Position numbers and translations under genes: made by a program. The notes beneath the pieces were generated by a model. It was not told where the DNA came from and ran no database searches. It saw only the letters and a program-made list of their open reading frames with translations. From positions 211 through 64,210 of the forward strand of contig DATAVR010000139.1 in the NCBI GenBank assembly GCA_036267635.1: a stretch of 64,000 nt of DNA, read 5' to 3'. Shown here one piece after another: positions 1-9,078 of this stretch; within the stretch, counting starts at the first letter, position 1; the number at the start of each line of letters is the position of its first letter. The stretch comes from Polyangia bacterium (lineage in GTDB: Bacteria; Myxococcota_A; Polyangia; Fen-1088).

Positions 1-112
1 CATCCCCACCACCGCCTAGGAGGGCGTTGCCGTAAGGCAACGGTGAGCGAAGCGAAACCATGCCCGACGACGTGCCGCCCGGAGGCGGCCTAGCGTCAGG
101 CGACGGAGCCGA

Positions 113-1081
113 TCAGGGCTCGCGGACGATGCAGCGGAATCCGAGGTGGCAGGTCGAGGTGTCGATCGCCTGCGCCATGCGCGCGGCCGGCCGGTAGCGG
201 CGACAGTAGTTCGGCGCGCAGAGAAACGAACCGCCCTTGATCACCTTGCGTGGGATGGGGAGCGCGACGGTGGGATCGTAGCTGCGCTCGCGGGCGGTCC
301 GTTTGTCGGCGCCGCCGCAGCAGGAGGCGTCCTCTTCGGGCTTGCGGTGCCCGGAGGTATACCAGTCGGTCGTCCACTCCCAGACGTTGCCGATCATGTC
401 GTAGAGCCCCCAGCCGTTGGGGGGGAATGTCCCGACCGGAGAGGTGGTCTCGAAGCCGTCGCCGAGCAGGTTCTCGTAGGGGAATTCTCCCTGCCAGGTG
501 TTGGCCATCGCTCTGCCTTCGGGCTCGAGCTCGTCCCCCCAGGCAAACTCCGTCTGGTCGAGGCCGCCGCGGGCGGCGAGCTCCCACTCGGCCTCGGTCG
601 GGAGCGCCTTGCCGGCCCATTGCACGAACGCGGTGGCGTCCTCGAAGCCGACGTGAACCACGGGGTGCTGCTCCAATCCGGCGATCGCGCTCTCCGGCCC
701 GGTCGGATGGCGCCAGTTCGCGCCCGGCACGAACGCCCACCAGTTGAGGAAATTTCTCATGTCGACGCGCCCCGCGGGCTTCACGAAGACCACCGAGGCG
801 GGGACCAGCAAGGCGGGATCGGCGCCCGGATATTGCGCGGCGTCGGGCGCGATCTCGGCCTGGGTCACGTACCCGGTCTCCTCGATGAATCGCCGGAACT
901 GCTCGTTGGTCACCGGCCAGCGGTCGAGCCAGAACCCGTCGACCGTCTCCAGGTGGGCGGGTGCCTCCTCACGGTAGTGGCGGTTGGAGCCCATCATGAA
1001 CTCGCCGCCGGGGATCCATTCCATGCCCAGCCGGTTGGCGCGCTCGACGGTCGTTTGGGGTGACAGGGTTCGCGTCGGCAT
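113..1081 (-). CDS. Formylglycine-generating enzyme (FGE/SUMF1 domain) family protein
   Basis: Last 322 aa of ORF 113..2158(-). Motifs MEWIPGGEFMMGS, RWPVTNEQF, AEWELAARGG, GNVWEWT and KGGSFLC are typical of the FGE-sulfatase fold. Start placed at ATG 1081 (alternative ATG 1024). The upstream part of the ORF is an Arg/Gly-rich shadow of the + strand gene. Confidence 0.85.
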   Translation of the reverse strand: MPTRTLSPQTTVERANRLGMEWIPGGEFMMGSNRHYREEAPAHLETVDGFWLDRWPVTNEQFRRFIEETGYVTQAEIAPDAAQYPGADPALLVPASVVFVKPAGRVDMRNFLNWWAFVPGANWRHPTGPESAIAGLEQHPVVHVGFEDATAFVQWAGKALPTEAEWELAARGGLDQTEFAWGDELEPEGRAMANTWQGEFPYENLLGDGFETTSPVGTFPPNGWGLYDMIGNVWEWTTDWYTSGHRKPEEDASCCGGADKRTARERSYDPTVALPIPRKVIKGGSFLCAPNYCRRYRPAARMAQAIDTSTCHLGFRCIVREP

Positions 1082-1246
1082 CGACCCCGAGCTTGCGGAT
1101 CGCCCTCGGCGGCGCAAGCTCGCCGGCGCAGGTTTAGGGCGTCGACGTAGGGTTGGTGCCCCGGCGCCCAAATGAGCCGAGGGACTACACCGCCCGCTCC
1201 AGCCCGTGGCCATCTTGCAGCCGGACCATTTGGCCCGGAGGCAAAC

Positions 1247-2026
1247 ATGAGAATGCACCTGTTGGCTGTCACCACCGTGGCGGCCGTGGCGCTGGGAACC
1301 GGACTCTGGTCGCGCCCGTCGCTCGCGAAATCCGCGGCGGCCAAGCCGGCGGTCGATCCCGACGCGATCGCGGCGCTTCAGAAGATGGGCGCCTTCTTGC
1401 GGGAGCAACAGAAGTTCTCCGTTCGCGCCAGCGTCACCACGGACGATCTGCTCTCCTCGGGACAGAAGGTGCAGTTCGGCGGGACGGTCGAGATGATGGT
1501 GCGCCGGCCGGACCGGCTGCGCATGAACGTGCGCGGCGATCGCCGGGACGAGCAGATCTACTACGACGGCAAGACCTTCACACTGTTTGGCGAGCGTGTC
1601 GGCTACTACGCCACCTTCCAGGCGCCCTCCACGCTGGCCGAGCTGAAGGAGGTCACCGAAAAGCGCTACGGCATCGACCTGCCGCTGGCTGACCTCTTCT
1701 ACTGGGGGACCGAGCACGACGGCACCGCCGACATCACCGCCGCCACCCACGTCGGGGTCGCCTCCGTCGAGGGGACCGCCTGCGACCACTACGCCTTCCG
1801 GCAGAAAGACGTCGACTGGGAGCTCTGGATCGAGCAGGGGCCGCACCCGTTGCCGCGCAAGATGGTCATCACCACCACCTCGGAGAGATCCCGCCCGCAG
1901 CACGGAATGGTCCTGACCTGGGATCTGTCGCCCCAGCTCGGCGACCAGCTGTTCACGTTCGCCCCGCCGCCCGAGGCGCACAAGATCGATTTCGACGTCG
2001 CGAGCCAGGTCGGCTCGCGCCAGTGA
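1247..2026 (+). CDS. Periplasmic DUF2092-like (LolA-fold) protein
   Basis: Signal peptide MRMHLLAVTTVAAVALGTGLWSRPSLA. Size and motifs (DRLRMNV, YYDGKTFTL, DLPLADLFYWG) recall DUF2092. Start moved to the in-frame ATG 1247. Confidence 0.7.
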   Translation: MRMHLLAVTTVAAVALGTGLWSRPSLAKSAAAKPAVDPDAIAALQKMGAFLREQQKFSVRASVTTDDLLSSGQKVQFGGTVEMMVRRPDRLRMNVRGDRRDEQIYYDGKTFTLFGERVGYYATFQAPSTLAELKEVTEKRYGIDLPLADLFYWGTEHDGTADITAATHVGVASVEGTACDHYAFRQKDVDWELWIEQGPHPLPRKMVITTTSERSRPQHGMVLTWDLSPQLGDQLFTFAPPPEAHKIDFDVASQVGSRQ

Positions 2027-2042
2027 GTGAAGGAGGAGCGCA

Positions 2043-2366
2043 ATGAGCAGCATGAACAAGATCGGATCGCGAGGGTTGGCGCTGGTGGTGTTCCTGGCCG
2101 CGACGGCCGTCGCGCCGCGCGCAGGAAACGCGGTGGTCGTGGTCCGCACCGCCGTCAACTATCACCCCGTGGCGCGGAGGGCGGTGGTCACCACGGCGGC
2201 GGTCGCCACCGCGGTGGCGGTGGGAACGGTGGTCCATTCGGTCCCGCCCTCCTGCAGCTCGGTGATGGTGGGGAACGTCGCCTACCAGCAGTGCGGCAAT
2301 ACCTGGTACCAGCCGCGCTACGCCGGATCGGCGGTCACCTACGTCGTCGTCAACCCGCCCCGCTGA
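2043..2366 (+). CDS. Small secreted hypothetical protein
   Basis: GGAGGA SD just upstream, N-terminal signal peptide (GLALVVFLAATAVAPRA), high GC3. Confidence 0.6.
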   Translation: MSSMNKIGSRGLALVVFLAATAVAPRAGNAVVVVRTAVNYHPVARRAVVTTAAVATAVAVGTVVHSVPPSCSSVMVGNVAYQQCGNTWYQPRYAGSAVTYVVVNPPR

Positions 2367-2384
2367 AGACCGGAGGAGGTCGCG

Positions 2385-2747
2385 ATGGAGAATCAGAGCG
2401 AAAGTCTGGCAACGACCGGGACCTCGGGGGAGGCCGACGCTCCCGGGCTGGTGGGGATCGTGGCGCGCATGCGTCTCATGGTCGGAGAGCAGGCGCTGGG
2501 GGTGCTGGTGGTCGACAACGGGCGCGTCAAGCTGGTGCCCGACGGGCCTCCGGTCGACGTGACCGCCGTGTGCAAGTCGCGCGACGTTCTCATTCGGCTG
2601 CTGCGCGGGCAGCTCAACCCGGTCTTGATGGCGCTCCAAGCGCTGGGCCGGCTCCACGGCGATCGCGAGCGCGGCGCAAGAATCCTCTACGGGCTGCGCG
2701 CGGGATCCCCGTTCGTGCAGACCCCCTTCGACGGAAAGGACGCATAA
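2385..2747 (+). CDS. SCP2 sterol-binding-domain-like protein
   Basis: GGAGGAGG SD upstream. C-terminal pattern LLRGQLNPVLMALQALGRLHGD resembles the SCP-2 fold signature. Confidence 0.55.
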   Translation: MENQSESLATTGTSGEADAPGLVGIVARMRLMVGEQALGVLVVDNGRVKLVPDGPPVDVTAVCKSRDVLIRLLRGQLNPVLMALQALGRLHGDRERGARILYGLRAGSPFVQTPFDGKDA

Positions 2748-2749
2748 CG

Positions 2750-4750
2750 ATGTCGCTCAACACGGTCAGCATCCTGGACGGAAATTCCTTCGTGGTCAGC
2801 GATCGGCGCGGCGACATCGACGCCAGCCCCGTCGACACGCAAGGGCTGTTTCTCGACGACACACGCTTCCTCTCGCGCTGGATCCTGACCGTGAACGGCG
2901 TGCGTCCGTCGGTGCTGTCTGTCGACGAGCAGGAATACTTTCAGGTGCAGTTCTTCGAAGCGGTCACCACCAGCACCATCTACGTCGACTCTCACCTCTC
3001 GGTCGCCCGCAAGCGCGCGGTCGGCAAAGGGTTTCACGAGGAGATCTTGCTCGAAAACCACGACAAGGAGCCGATCGACCTCGACGTCAAGCTGGACGCG
3101 GCCTGCGACTTCGCCGATCTCTTCGAGGTGAAGGACAAGCTGCAGAAGAAGGGGCAGCTCTACACCAAGACGACGAACGATCGGCTGACGCTCGGCTACA
3201 AGCGCGAAGGCTTCATCCGCGAGACGTACATCACCGCCAGCCAGAAGGCCGACATTGCCGAAGATGGGCTGCACTTCCAGGTTCATTTGCCACCGCGAAC
3301 GTCGTGGACAGTCTCTCTCGACGTGCAGGCCTCCGCGCGCGCCACCGGCGACGAGCCGATGCGCAGCAAGGCGGGCGTCGACGCCTGGGTGAACGCCGCA
3401 CCCCGGCTGGTCTCTTCTTGGGAGCCGTTGCAGCGGATCTACCGCCGCAGCCTGGTGGACATGGCGGCGTTGCGGTTCCGAACGGGGCTCACCCCCGGCG
3501 CGCTGCCGGCGGCGGGGCTCCCCTGGTTCATGGCGGTGTTCGGCCGCGACAGCCTGATCGCCAGCTTTCAAGCCATCCCCTTCGCGCCGGAGCTGGCGGC
3601 GTCGACGCTGCGTACGCTGGCGCTGTTTCAGGGCCGGGTCGAAGATCCGTTCCGCGACGAAGAGCCGGGCAAGATCCTGCACGAGCTGCGTCTCGGTGAG
3701 ATGACCGCCTTCGAAGAGCGGCCACACTCGCCCTACTACGGCGCGGCCGACAGCACCATGTTGTTCCTCATCGTGCTCGAGGAGTACGTCCGCTGGACCG
3801 GCGATCGCGCCCTGGCGCAGGAGCTCGAGCGCGAGGCGCGCGCGGCGGTGAGCTGGATCGATCGCTACGGCGACCGCGACCACGACGGCTTCGTCGAGTA
3901 CAAGCGCGGCAACGATCAGACCGGCCTCGACAACCAGTGCTGGAAGGACTCCTGGGACTCGATCGCCTTCGCCGACGGCACGATCGCACCGCTGCCGCGC
4001 GCCACCTGCGAGCTGCAAGGCTACGTCTACGACGCCAAGCTCCGCACCGCCCGGCTGGCGCGTGAAGTATGGAACGATCCGACCTGGGCCACACAGCTCG
4101 AGACCCAAGCCCTCGAGCTCAAACAGCGGTTCAACCGCGAGTTCTGGCTTCCGGAGCGGAATTTCTTCGCGCTGGCGCTCGACGGCCAGAAGCGCAAGGT
4201 CGACTCGCTCACCTCGAACATCGGCCACCTGCTCTGGAGCGGCATCGCCGACGACGAAAAGGCCGCCAGCTGCGTCAAGCACCTGATGAGCGACGCGCTC
4301 TTCTCCGGCTGGGGCATCCGCACCATGGCCAGCAGCGAGGGTTCGTACAATCCGATCGGGTATCACGTCGGCACCGTCTGGCCGCACGACAACTCGTTCA
4401 TCGCCTGGGGCCTGCGCCAGTCCGGTTACCGCGCCGAGGCGGCCCGCATCTCGCGGGCCATGCTGGAGGCGGCGGATCTGTTCGGCGGCCGGCTCCCCGA
4501 GGCGTTCGGCGGCTATCCGCGATCGGACACTCACTATCCGGTCGAGTACCCGACCGCGTGCAGCCCCCAGGCCTGGGCGACCGGCGCGCCGCTGCTCCTC
4601 ATCCGCACGCTGCTCGGTCTCGAATCCGACGGCGTTCACTTGATCGTCGACCCGGCCATTCCGGAGCCACTCGGGCGAATCGAGCTGCTCGACATCCCCG
4701 GCTGCTGGGGGCGCATGGACGCCTTCGGCCGCGCGCGCGCCGCCGACTGA
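2750..4750 (+). CDS. Amylo-alpha-1,6-glucosidase / glycogen-debranching-like (GDE_N_bis + GDE_C) protein
   Basis: Starts MSLNTVSILDGNSFVVSD. Contains PWFMAVFGRDSL, EPGKILHELR, GLDNQCWKDSWDS, GYHVGTVWPHDN and SPQAWA motifs of the (alpha/alpha)6 debranching family. ATG 2750 is in frame with ORF 2027..4750. Confidence 0.85.
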   Translation: MSLNTVSILDGNSFVVSDRRGDIDASPVDTQGLFLDDTRFLSRWILTVNGVRPSVLSVDEQEYFQVQFFEAVTTSTIYVDSHLSVARKRAVGKGFHEEILLENHDKEPIDLDVKLDAACDFADLFEVKDKLQKKGQLYTKTTNDRLTLGYKREGFIRETYITASQKADIAEDGLHFQVHLPPRTSWTVSLDVQASARATGDEPMRSKAGVDAWVNAAPRLVSSWEPLQRIYRRSLVDMAALRFRTGLTPGALPAAGLPWFMAVFGRDSLIASFQAIPFAPELAASTLRTLALFQGRVEDPFRDEEPGKILHELRLGEMTAFEERPHSPYYGAADSTMLFLIVLEEYVRWTGDRALAQELEREARAAVSWIDRYGDRDHDGFVEYKRGNDQTGLDNQCWKDSWDSIAFADGTIAPLPRATCELQGYVYDAKLRTARLAREVWNDPTWATQLETQALELKQRFNREFWLPERNFFALALDGQKRKVDSLTSNIGHLLWSGIADDEKAASCVKHLMSDALFSGWGIRTMASSEGSYNPIGYHVGTVWPHDNSFIAWGLRQSGYRAEAARISRAMLEAADLFGGRLPEAFGGYPRSDTHYPVEYPTACSPQAWATGAPLLLIRTLLGLESDGVHLIVDPAIPEPLGRIELLDIPGCWGRMDAFGRARAAD

Positions 4751-4836
4751 ACGTCCGCCGGCTCTATTTGCGCCTCTGACTCACAGCCGGGGCCGGCGAC
4801 CGCGAAGCACGCCGTCGTTAACTTTGGACGGGAGGT

Positions 4837-5433
4837 GTGAAGATGAAGAACCAGGGGAATCGGATCGAGGCGGCGATCGCCTTCGCGGGCTGCCTACTCA
4901 CCATGGCGTTTTCGACCGGCGTCGCGCGGGCCGACTCGGTCGCGGGACCGGCGGCGGCGCGGCAAATTCACGAGACGGTGGTGGTGACCGCCATCGACCG
5001 CGCCACGCGCAGCGTGATGTTGGAGAACGCCGCCGGCGACACCCGGACGATCGGCGTCCCGCCCGACATGACGTCGTTCGACACGCTCAAGGTCGGCGAT
5101 CACGTCGACGTCGACTATTACGAGTCGATCGGCCTCGCGCTGATGCCGCCGGGAACGAGGTCGAGCATGACCGACAGCGCCACGGGGGGCCGCGCAGCGC
5201 CCGGGGTATTCGCCGCCGGCCGCGAGATCACCGCCAACGTCGCGGTGATCAGCGTCGACGAGGTCATGAACAGGGTGACCTTCAAGGGCCCGAAGGGGAA
5301 CGTCCGGACGGTGACCGTCTACGATCCGGCGATGCAGAAGCGTCTGGCCACCCTGCAGCCCGGCCAGATGGTGCAGATCACCTACCGCGAGGCGATGGCG
5401 GCGGCGATCAAGCCGACCGCGGCGGCGAAGTAG
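4837..5433 (+). CDS. Secreted hypothetical protein with two internal beta-domain repeats
   Basis: GGGAGG SD and a signal peptide ending ARA. Two similar about 60-aa segments: VVVTAIDRATRSVML...KVGDHVDVDYYES and VAVISVDEVMNRVTF...QPGQMVQITYREA. Confidence 0.65.
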   Translation: MKMKNQGNRIEAAIAFAGCLLTMAFSTGVARADSVAGPAAARQIHETVVVTAIDRATRSVMLENAAGDTRTIGVPPDMTSFDTLKVGDHVDVDYYESIGLALMPPGTRSSMTDSATGGRAAPGVFAAGREITANVAVISVDEVMNRVTFKGPKGNVRTVTVYDPAMQKRLATLQPGQMVQITYREAMAAAIKPTAAAK

Positions 5434-5610
5434 CCGGCCCAACATCGACAACCAGCAGTGACATTTTCGCGCGGGCCGGCGGCGATGAGCCCACCGCCAC
5501 CGCGCGGACGTTTGTCGTTCGCGGGACGACCCACCGATGAATCGGCGCGGTCAATTTACGAAGGATCACCGGGGGGCGAGGCGACCGCCGCGGACCAACA
5601 TTGAACGTCG

Positions 5611-6357
5611 ATGAAGTCGAAGCGCGCGCCTGGAATCGCGACCGGAGCGTTGCTTGCCACGCTGCTGGCGAGCGCTTGCGCCCACGAGATGGGCAAACGT
5701 TCGGTGGTGGGCGCGACCAACGAGGTGGAGGAGCACCAAGCGGCGACTGTCGACGACCCGAGCAAACAGATCAGCCGCGTCGCCGCCGAGCGCGCCATCG
5801 AAGGCGCCGTCGCCGCGCTCGACGCGCCCGAGCAGCGGGCCAGGATTCAACAGGTCGTCAACGCCGCCGTCACCGAGGCGGTGGCGAGCGCGCTCCGGAC
5901 CGCCACCGAGGTCCCGCGGGGCGAGAACGCAGGTGTCGCCGGCGAACGGGGGGTGAGCCCCGTAGCGCTGCTGATGGGTCAGGCCGCCCGATCGGCGGTG
6001 GCGGACGCCATCCATCAGGTGGTCGTCGATCTCGGCAACGGCGGCGAAGGGCCGCTCGCGGCCAGCATCGCCGGCACCGGCAAGAACGTTTCGGCGGCGG
6101 TCGTGAGGAGCGCCCTCGATCAGCTGACCGAGCTCTTCCCCGGATGTCGCGGCCCCGACGCGGTCGCCTGCATCAACCGCCAGATCTACGGCATGAGCCA
6201 GTCGGCCGCCGTCGGCTTCTCGACCGGCGTCCGCAAGACCATCGGCTGGCAGCTGCTCGTCGTCGCCGCGCTCGTCGGCTTGCTTTTGGGCCTCCTGGCC
6301 GCCTGGGTCTGGTCTCAACGCGGACAGGGTCACGTGTTGCGCACGCGGACGACCTGA
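5611..6357 (+). CDS. Lipoprotein with C-terminal transmembrane anchor (paralog of 17082..17789)
   Basis: Lipobox LLASAC, Ala-rich helical body, C-terminal TM segment WQLLVVAALVGLLLGLLAAWVW. Confidence 0.65.
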   Translation: MKSKRAPGIATGALLATLLASACAHEMGKRSVVGATNEVEEHQAATVDDPSKQISRVAAERAIEGAVAALDAPEQRARIQQVVNAAVTEAVASALRTATEVPRGENAGVAGERGVSPVALLMGQAARSAVADAIHQVVVDLGNGGEGPLAASIAGTGKNVSAAVVRSALDQLTELFPGCRGPDAVACINRQIYGMSQSAAVGFSTGVRKTIGWQLLVVAALVGLLLGLLAAWVWSQRGQGHVLRTRTT

Positions 6358-7520
6358 GGGGCCGCGCGCCTGCTGGCGCCGACGATCGACAGCGCCAACA
6401 CCGCCAGCAGCAAGGCGATGCCGGCGGCGCCACCAAAGAGCGGGCGCAGGCCGAGCCCCGCGTGGTCGCGGAGCGGACCGATCCCGAACGCGGCCAGGCC
6501 ATATCCAACCTGATAACAGGCGATGAGATGGCCGGCCGGCGCCTCCTGGCGGCCGAGGCTGATGGTGAGGGGGAGCAGCGCCGAACAGCCGAGGCCTGCC
6601 AGGGCGAAGGTCGCGGCGCCAAGGTAGGGCGCAGAGGACGGAACGAGCGCCGTGCCGACGAAGGCGAGCGCGATCACCCACGGCAGCAGGCGGAAGGTGC
6701 TGGGGCCGGAGAGCCAGCGATCTATCGAGGCGAAGAGCACCCGGCCCGCGGTGGCCGCCGCCCAGAACAGCGTGAGCGTGACCGCGGCGAGCCCGGCCGG
6801 CGCGCGCAACACCCCCTTCATATAGAGGATCGCCCAGTTTCCGTTGAGCGTCTCGACGACCCCATAACAGAGCGCGAACGCCGCGAAGAGCCAGAACCCT
6901 CGCGAGCGACCAGCCTGCGAGGGTGAGCCACCCTGCCCGACGTCGACCTCGTGGGCGGCGAGAGGGAGCGACAGGCTCCAGGCAATGAGGGCCGCCAGCA
7001 GCGCACCGACGGTGAGCGGCAGCCCCCACCAGATGCCGAGGCCGACGAAGAGAGCGACGAAGACCGGCGCCAGCGCGGTCCCCAGGCCGAGCAGCGCATT
7101 GAGCGCCAGCACCGCCACGTCGACCCGGCGCGGGAACAGCGATGCCGCCAGCACGTTGACCACCGGGATCGTCAGCCCGAAGCCGATCCCCATGAGCGCC
7201 GTGGCGGCCAGCAGAAATGCGAACGCCGCCGCGTGCGATCCCAGGACGAATCGGCTCGAGACGAGCAGCACCATCGACGCCAGATCGGCGGCGAGCCCGA
7301 GGAGGAGGACGCGCTTCGCTCCCCAGCGTCGGGCGAGTCGACCGCCGAGCAGCGCGGCGGTCACCGCCAGCACGGTCTGGGGCGCGAACATGACGCCGTA
7401 CTCGCCGTCGGAGAGTCCGTGCGCGTGCGGGTCGGTGAAGACGGCGCTGGCCGCGGGAAACGTGACCAGCGCCAGACCTTGCAGGAGGCCGGCCGCATAG
7501 ACTGCGCCGACCTGCTTCAC
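6330..7520 (-). CDS. MFS transporter
   Basis: 396 aa with about 12 hydrophobic segments and an MFS-like loop GGRLARRWGAKR. Last gene of the dehydrogenase-GMC-MFS string. Confidence 0.8.
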   Translation of the reverse strand: MKQVGAVYAAGLLQGLALVTFPAASAVFTDPHAHGLSDGEYGVMFAPQTVLAVTAALLGGRLARRWGAKRVLLLGLAADLASMVLLVSSRFVLGSHAAAFAFLLAATALMGIGFGLTIPVVNVLAASLFPRRVDVAVLALNALLGLGTALAPVFVALFVGLGIWWGLPLTVGALLAALIAWSLSLPLAAHEVDVGQGGSPSQAGRSRGFWLFAAFALCYGVVETLNGNWAILYMKGVLRAPAGLAAVTLTLFWAAATAGRVLFASIDRWLSGPSTFRLLPWVIALAFVGTALVPSSAPYLGAATFALAGLGCSALLPLTISLGRQEAPAGHLIACYQVGYGLAAFGIGPLRDHAGLGLRPLFGGAAGIALLLAVLALSIVGASRRAAPQVVRVRNT

Positions 7521-7527
7521 CCGCGCG

Positions 7528-9078
7528 TCACCGCAGCCGCTCGCGCAAGTGGTCGCCGACCCGCAGCGCGTTCGCCATCGCCGTCAGGCCGGGGTTCACC
7601 GCGCCGATGCTGGGAAAGAAGCTGGTGTCGACGACGTAAAGGTTGTCGAGCTCGTGCGCCTTGCAGTTGACGTCGAGGACCGAGCTCCGGGGATCGGTGC
7701 CGAAGCGGCAGGTCCCCGCCTGGTGGCCGACCGCGCCGACCTCCATGTCGTTCTTCAGATAGAGATCGCGGGGCAAGAGGTGGTCCGGGTGCATCCCGAG
7801 CTGGCCGAGCATCGACTTGAGCTGCGCGTAGAGCTTCTGGGCCGGCACCTCGTTGCTCTTGGTGTAGCTGAGGCGGATGCTGCCGTCTTTCTCCAGCGTG
7901 ACGCGGTTTTCGGGGCGGGGCAGATCCTCGGTCGACAGCCAAAAATCGACGGCGTGGTTGGCCATCTCCTCGAGCGACCACATCGGCGCCAGCTTGGCGA
8001 TCTTCTTTTCCCCCCGAAACATCGGTGCCTGCGACTTGCCGAGCATCTGAATGTTGCCGAGAGGATAGTCGGCGCCGGGCCCGCTGAAGTAGAAGTCGTT
8101 GAGCCCGAGCGTCTTCTGGTAGCGGGTGGGGTTCGGTTCCTTGGAGACGGCGAGCACCGCCGAGCTGTTGTGGAACATGTAGTTGCGCCCCACCTGGTCC
8201 GAGCCGTTGGCCAGACCGCGCGGATGTTTGTCGTTGGCCGACGCCAGCAAGAGACGGGCAGAGTTGGCCGCGCCACAGGAGACGACGACGATCCCGGCCC
8301 GGTAGGTTTCGGTCCCGCCGTCCTGCTCGACGACCACCTCGGTGACGGCGGTGCCGGCCGCGTTGGTCCGCAGTTGCATGGCGCGCGCGTTCGTCATCAG
8401 CGTGACGTTGGGAAATGTCACCGCCGGGCGGACCGCGATCGTCTCGGCGTCGGACTTGGCGTGCACCAGACAGGGAAACCCATCGCAGTCCATGCAGCGA
8501 ATGCAGGTGGAGAACGGGGGCTTGCGCTCGTCGAGCAGGATGCCGCAGGGGGAGTGAAAAGGCTGATAGCCGGCGCGCACCAGATCGTCGTGAAGCTGCT
8601 GGATGCGCGGCTCGTGCGAGACGGCCGGGTGGGGATAAGGACCGCTGGCCGGTGGATCGAACGGATCCTCGCCGCGAGCACCGTGGACCTGATAGAGGTT
8701 CTCGGCCCGCAGGTAATACGGCTCCATCTCGGCGTAGGAGATCGGCCAGGCGGGAGAAAGACCGTCCTGGTGCCGGAGCTCCCCGAAGTCGCGCTCGCGC
8801 AGCCGATAGAGCGCGGCGCCGTACATCTTGGTCGCGCCGCCCACGAAGTAGTGAATTCCGGGCTGGAACGGCTTGCCCTCCTTGTCGAGCCAGGTCTCTT
8901 TCGAGACGTAGCGGTTCTCGACGAACACGTCGACGGAGCTCCAGTTCTGCTTCTCGCGCGGCAGCCACCCGCCGCGTTCGAGCAGGAGAATGTTCTTTCC
9001 GAACGGCGCCAGCTCCAGCGCCAGCGTGCCGCCCCCGGCCCCGGAGCCGATGATGATCAGGTCATAGTACTCAGACAC
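7528..9078 (-). CDS. GMC family FAD-dependent oxidoreductase
   Basis: N-terminal YDLIIIGSGAGGGTLA Rossmann motif. C-terminal HQAGTCRFG...LYVVDTSFFPSIGAVNP GMC signature. Confidence 0.9.
   Translation of the reverse strand: MSEYYDLIIIGSGAGGGTLALELAPFGKNILLLERGGWLPREKQNWSSVDVFVENRYVSKETWLDKEGKPFQPGIHYFVGGATKMYGAALYRLRERDFGELRHQDGLSPAWPISYAEMEPYYLRAENLYQVHGARGEDPFDPPASGPYPHPAVSHEPRIQQLHDDLVRAGYQPFHSPCGILLDERKPPFSTCIRCMDCDGFPCLVHAKSDAETIAVRPAVTFPNVTLMTNARAMQLRTNAAGTAVTEVVVEQDGGTETYRAGIVVVSCGAANSARLLLASANDKHPRGLANGSDQVGRNYMFHNSSAVLAVSKEPNPTRYQKTLGLNDFYFSGPGADYPLGNIQMLGKSQAPMFRGEKKIAKLAPMWSLEEMANHAVDFWLSTEDLPRPENRVTLEKDGSIRLSYTKSNEVPAQKLYAQLKSMLGQLGMHPDHLLPRDLYLKNDMEVGAVGHQAGTCRFGTDPRSSVLDVNCKAHELDNLYVVDTSFFPSIGAVNPGLTAMANALRVGDHLRERLR

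Noticed and set aside
25-42. Perfect hairpin CGTTGCC-GTAA-GGCAACG near the window edge
   Set aside because: It is a short 7-bp stem about 70 nt downstream of the FGE gene, with no U-tract. Its context is cut off by the window edge, so nothing can be concluded.
113-1081. FGE gene without a sulfatase partner as a possible anomaly
   Set aside because: To my knowledge, stand-alone FGE-domain proteins are common in this kind of genome. A partner may lie outside the window.
2027-2749. N-terminal 241 codons of the 907-aa ORF 2027..4750
   Set aside because: The Arg/Gly-rich translation has no domain content. It overlaps two well-supported small genes (2043..2366 and 2385..2747) that have their own SD sites. 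The glucosidase domain begins at ATG 2750.
2687-4639. 650-aa minus-strand ORF antisense to the glucosidase gene
   Set aside because: A typical high-GC shadow ORF (Arg/Ala/Gly/Pro-rich, no motifs). The opposite strand carries a clear enzyme.
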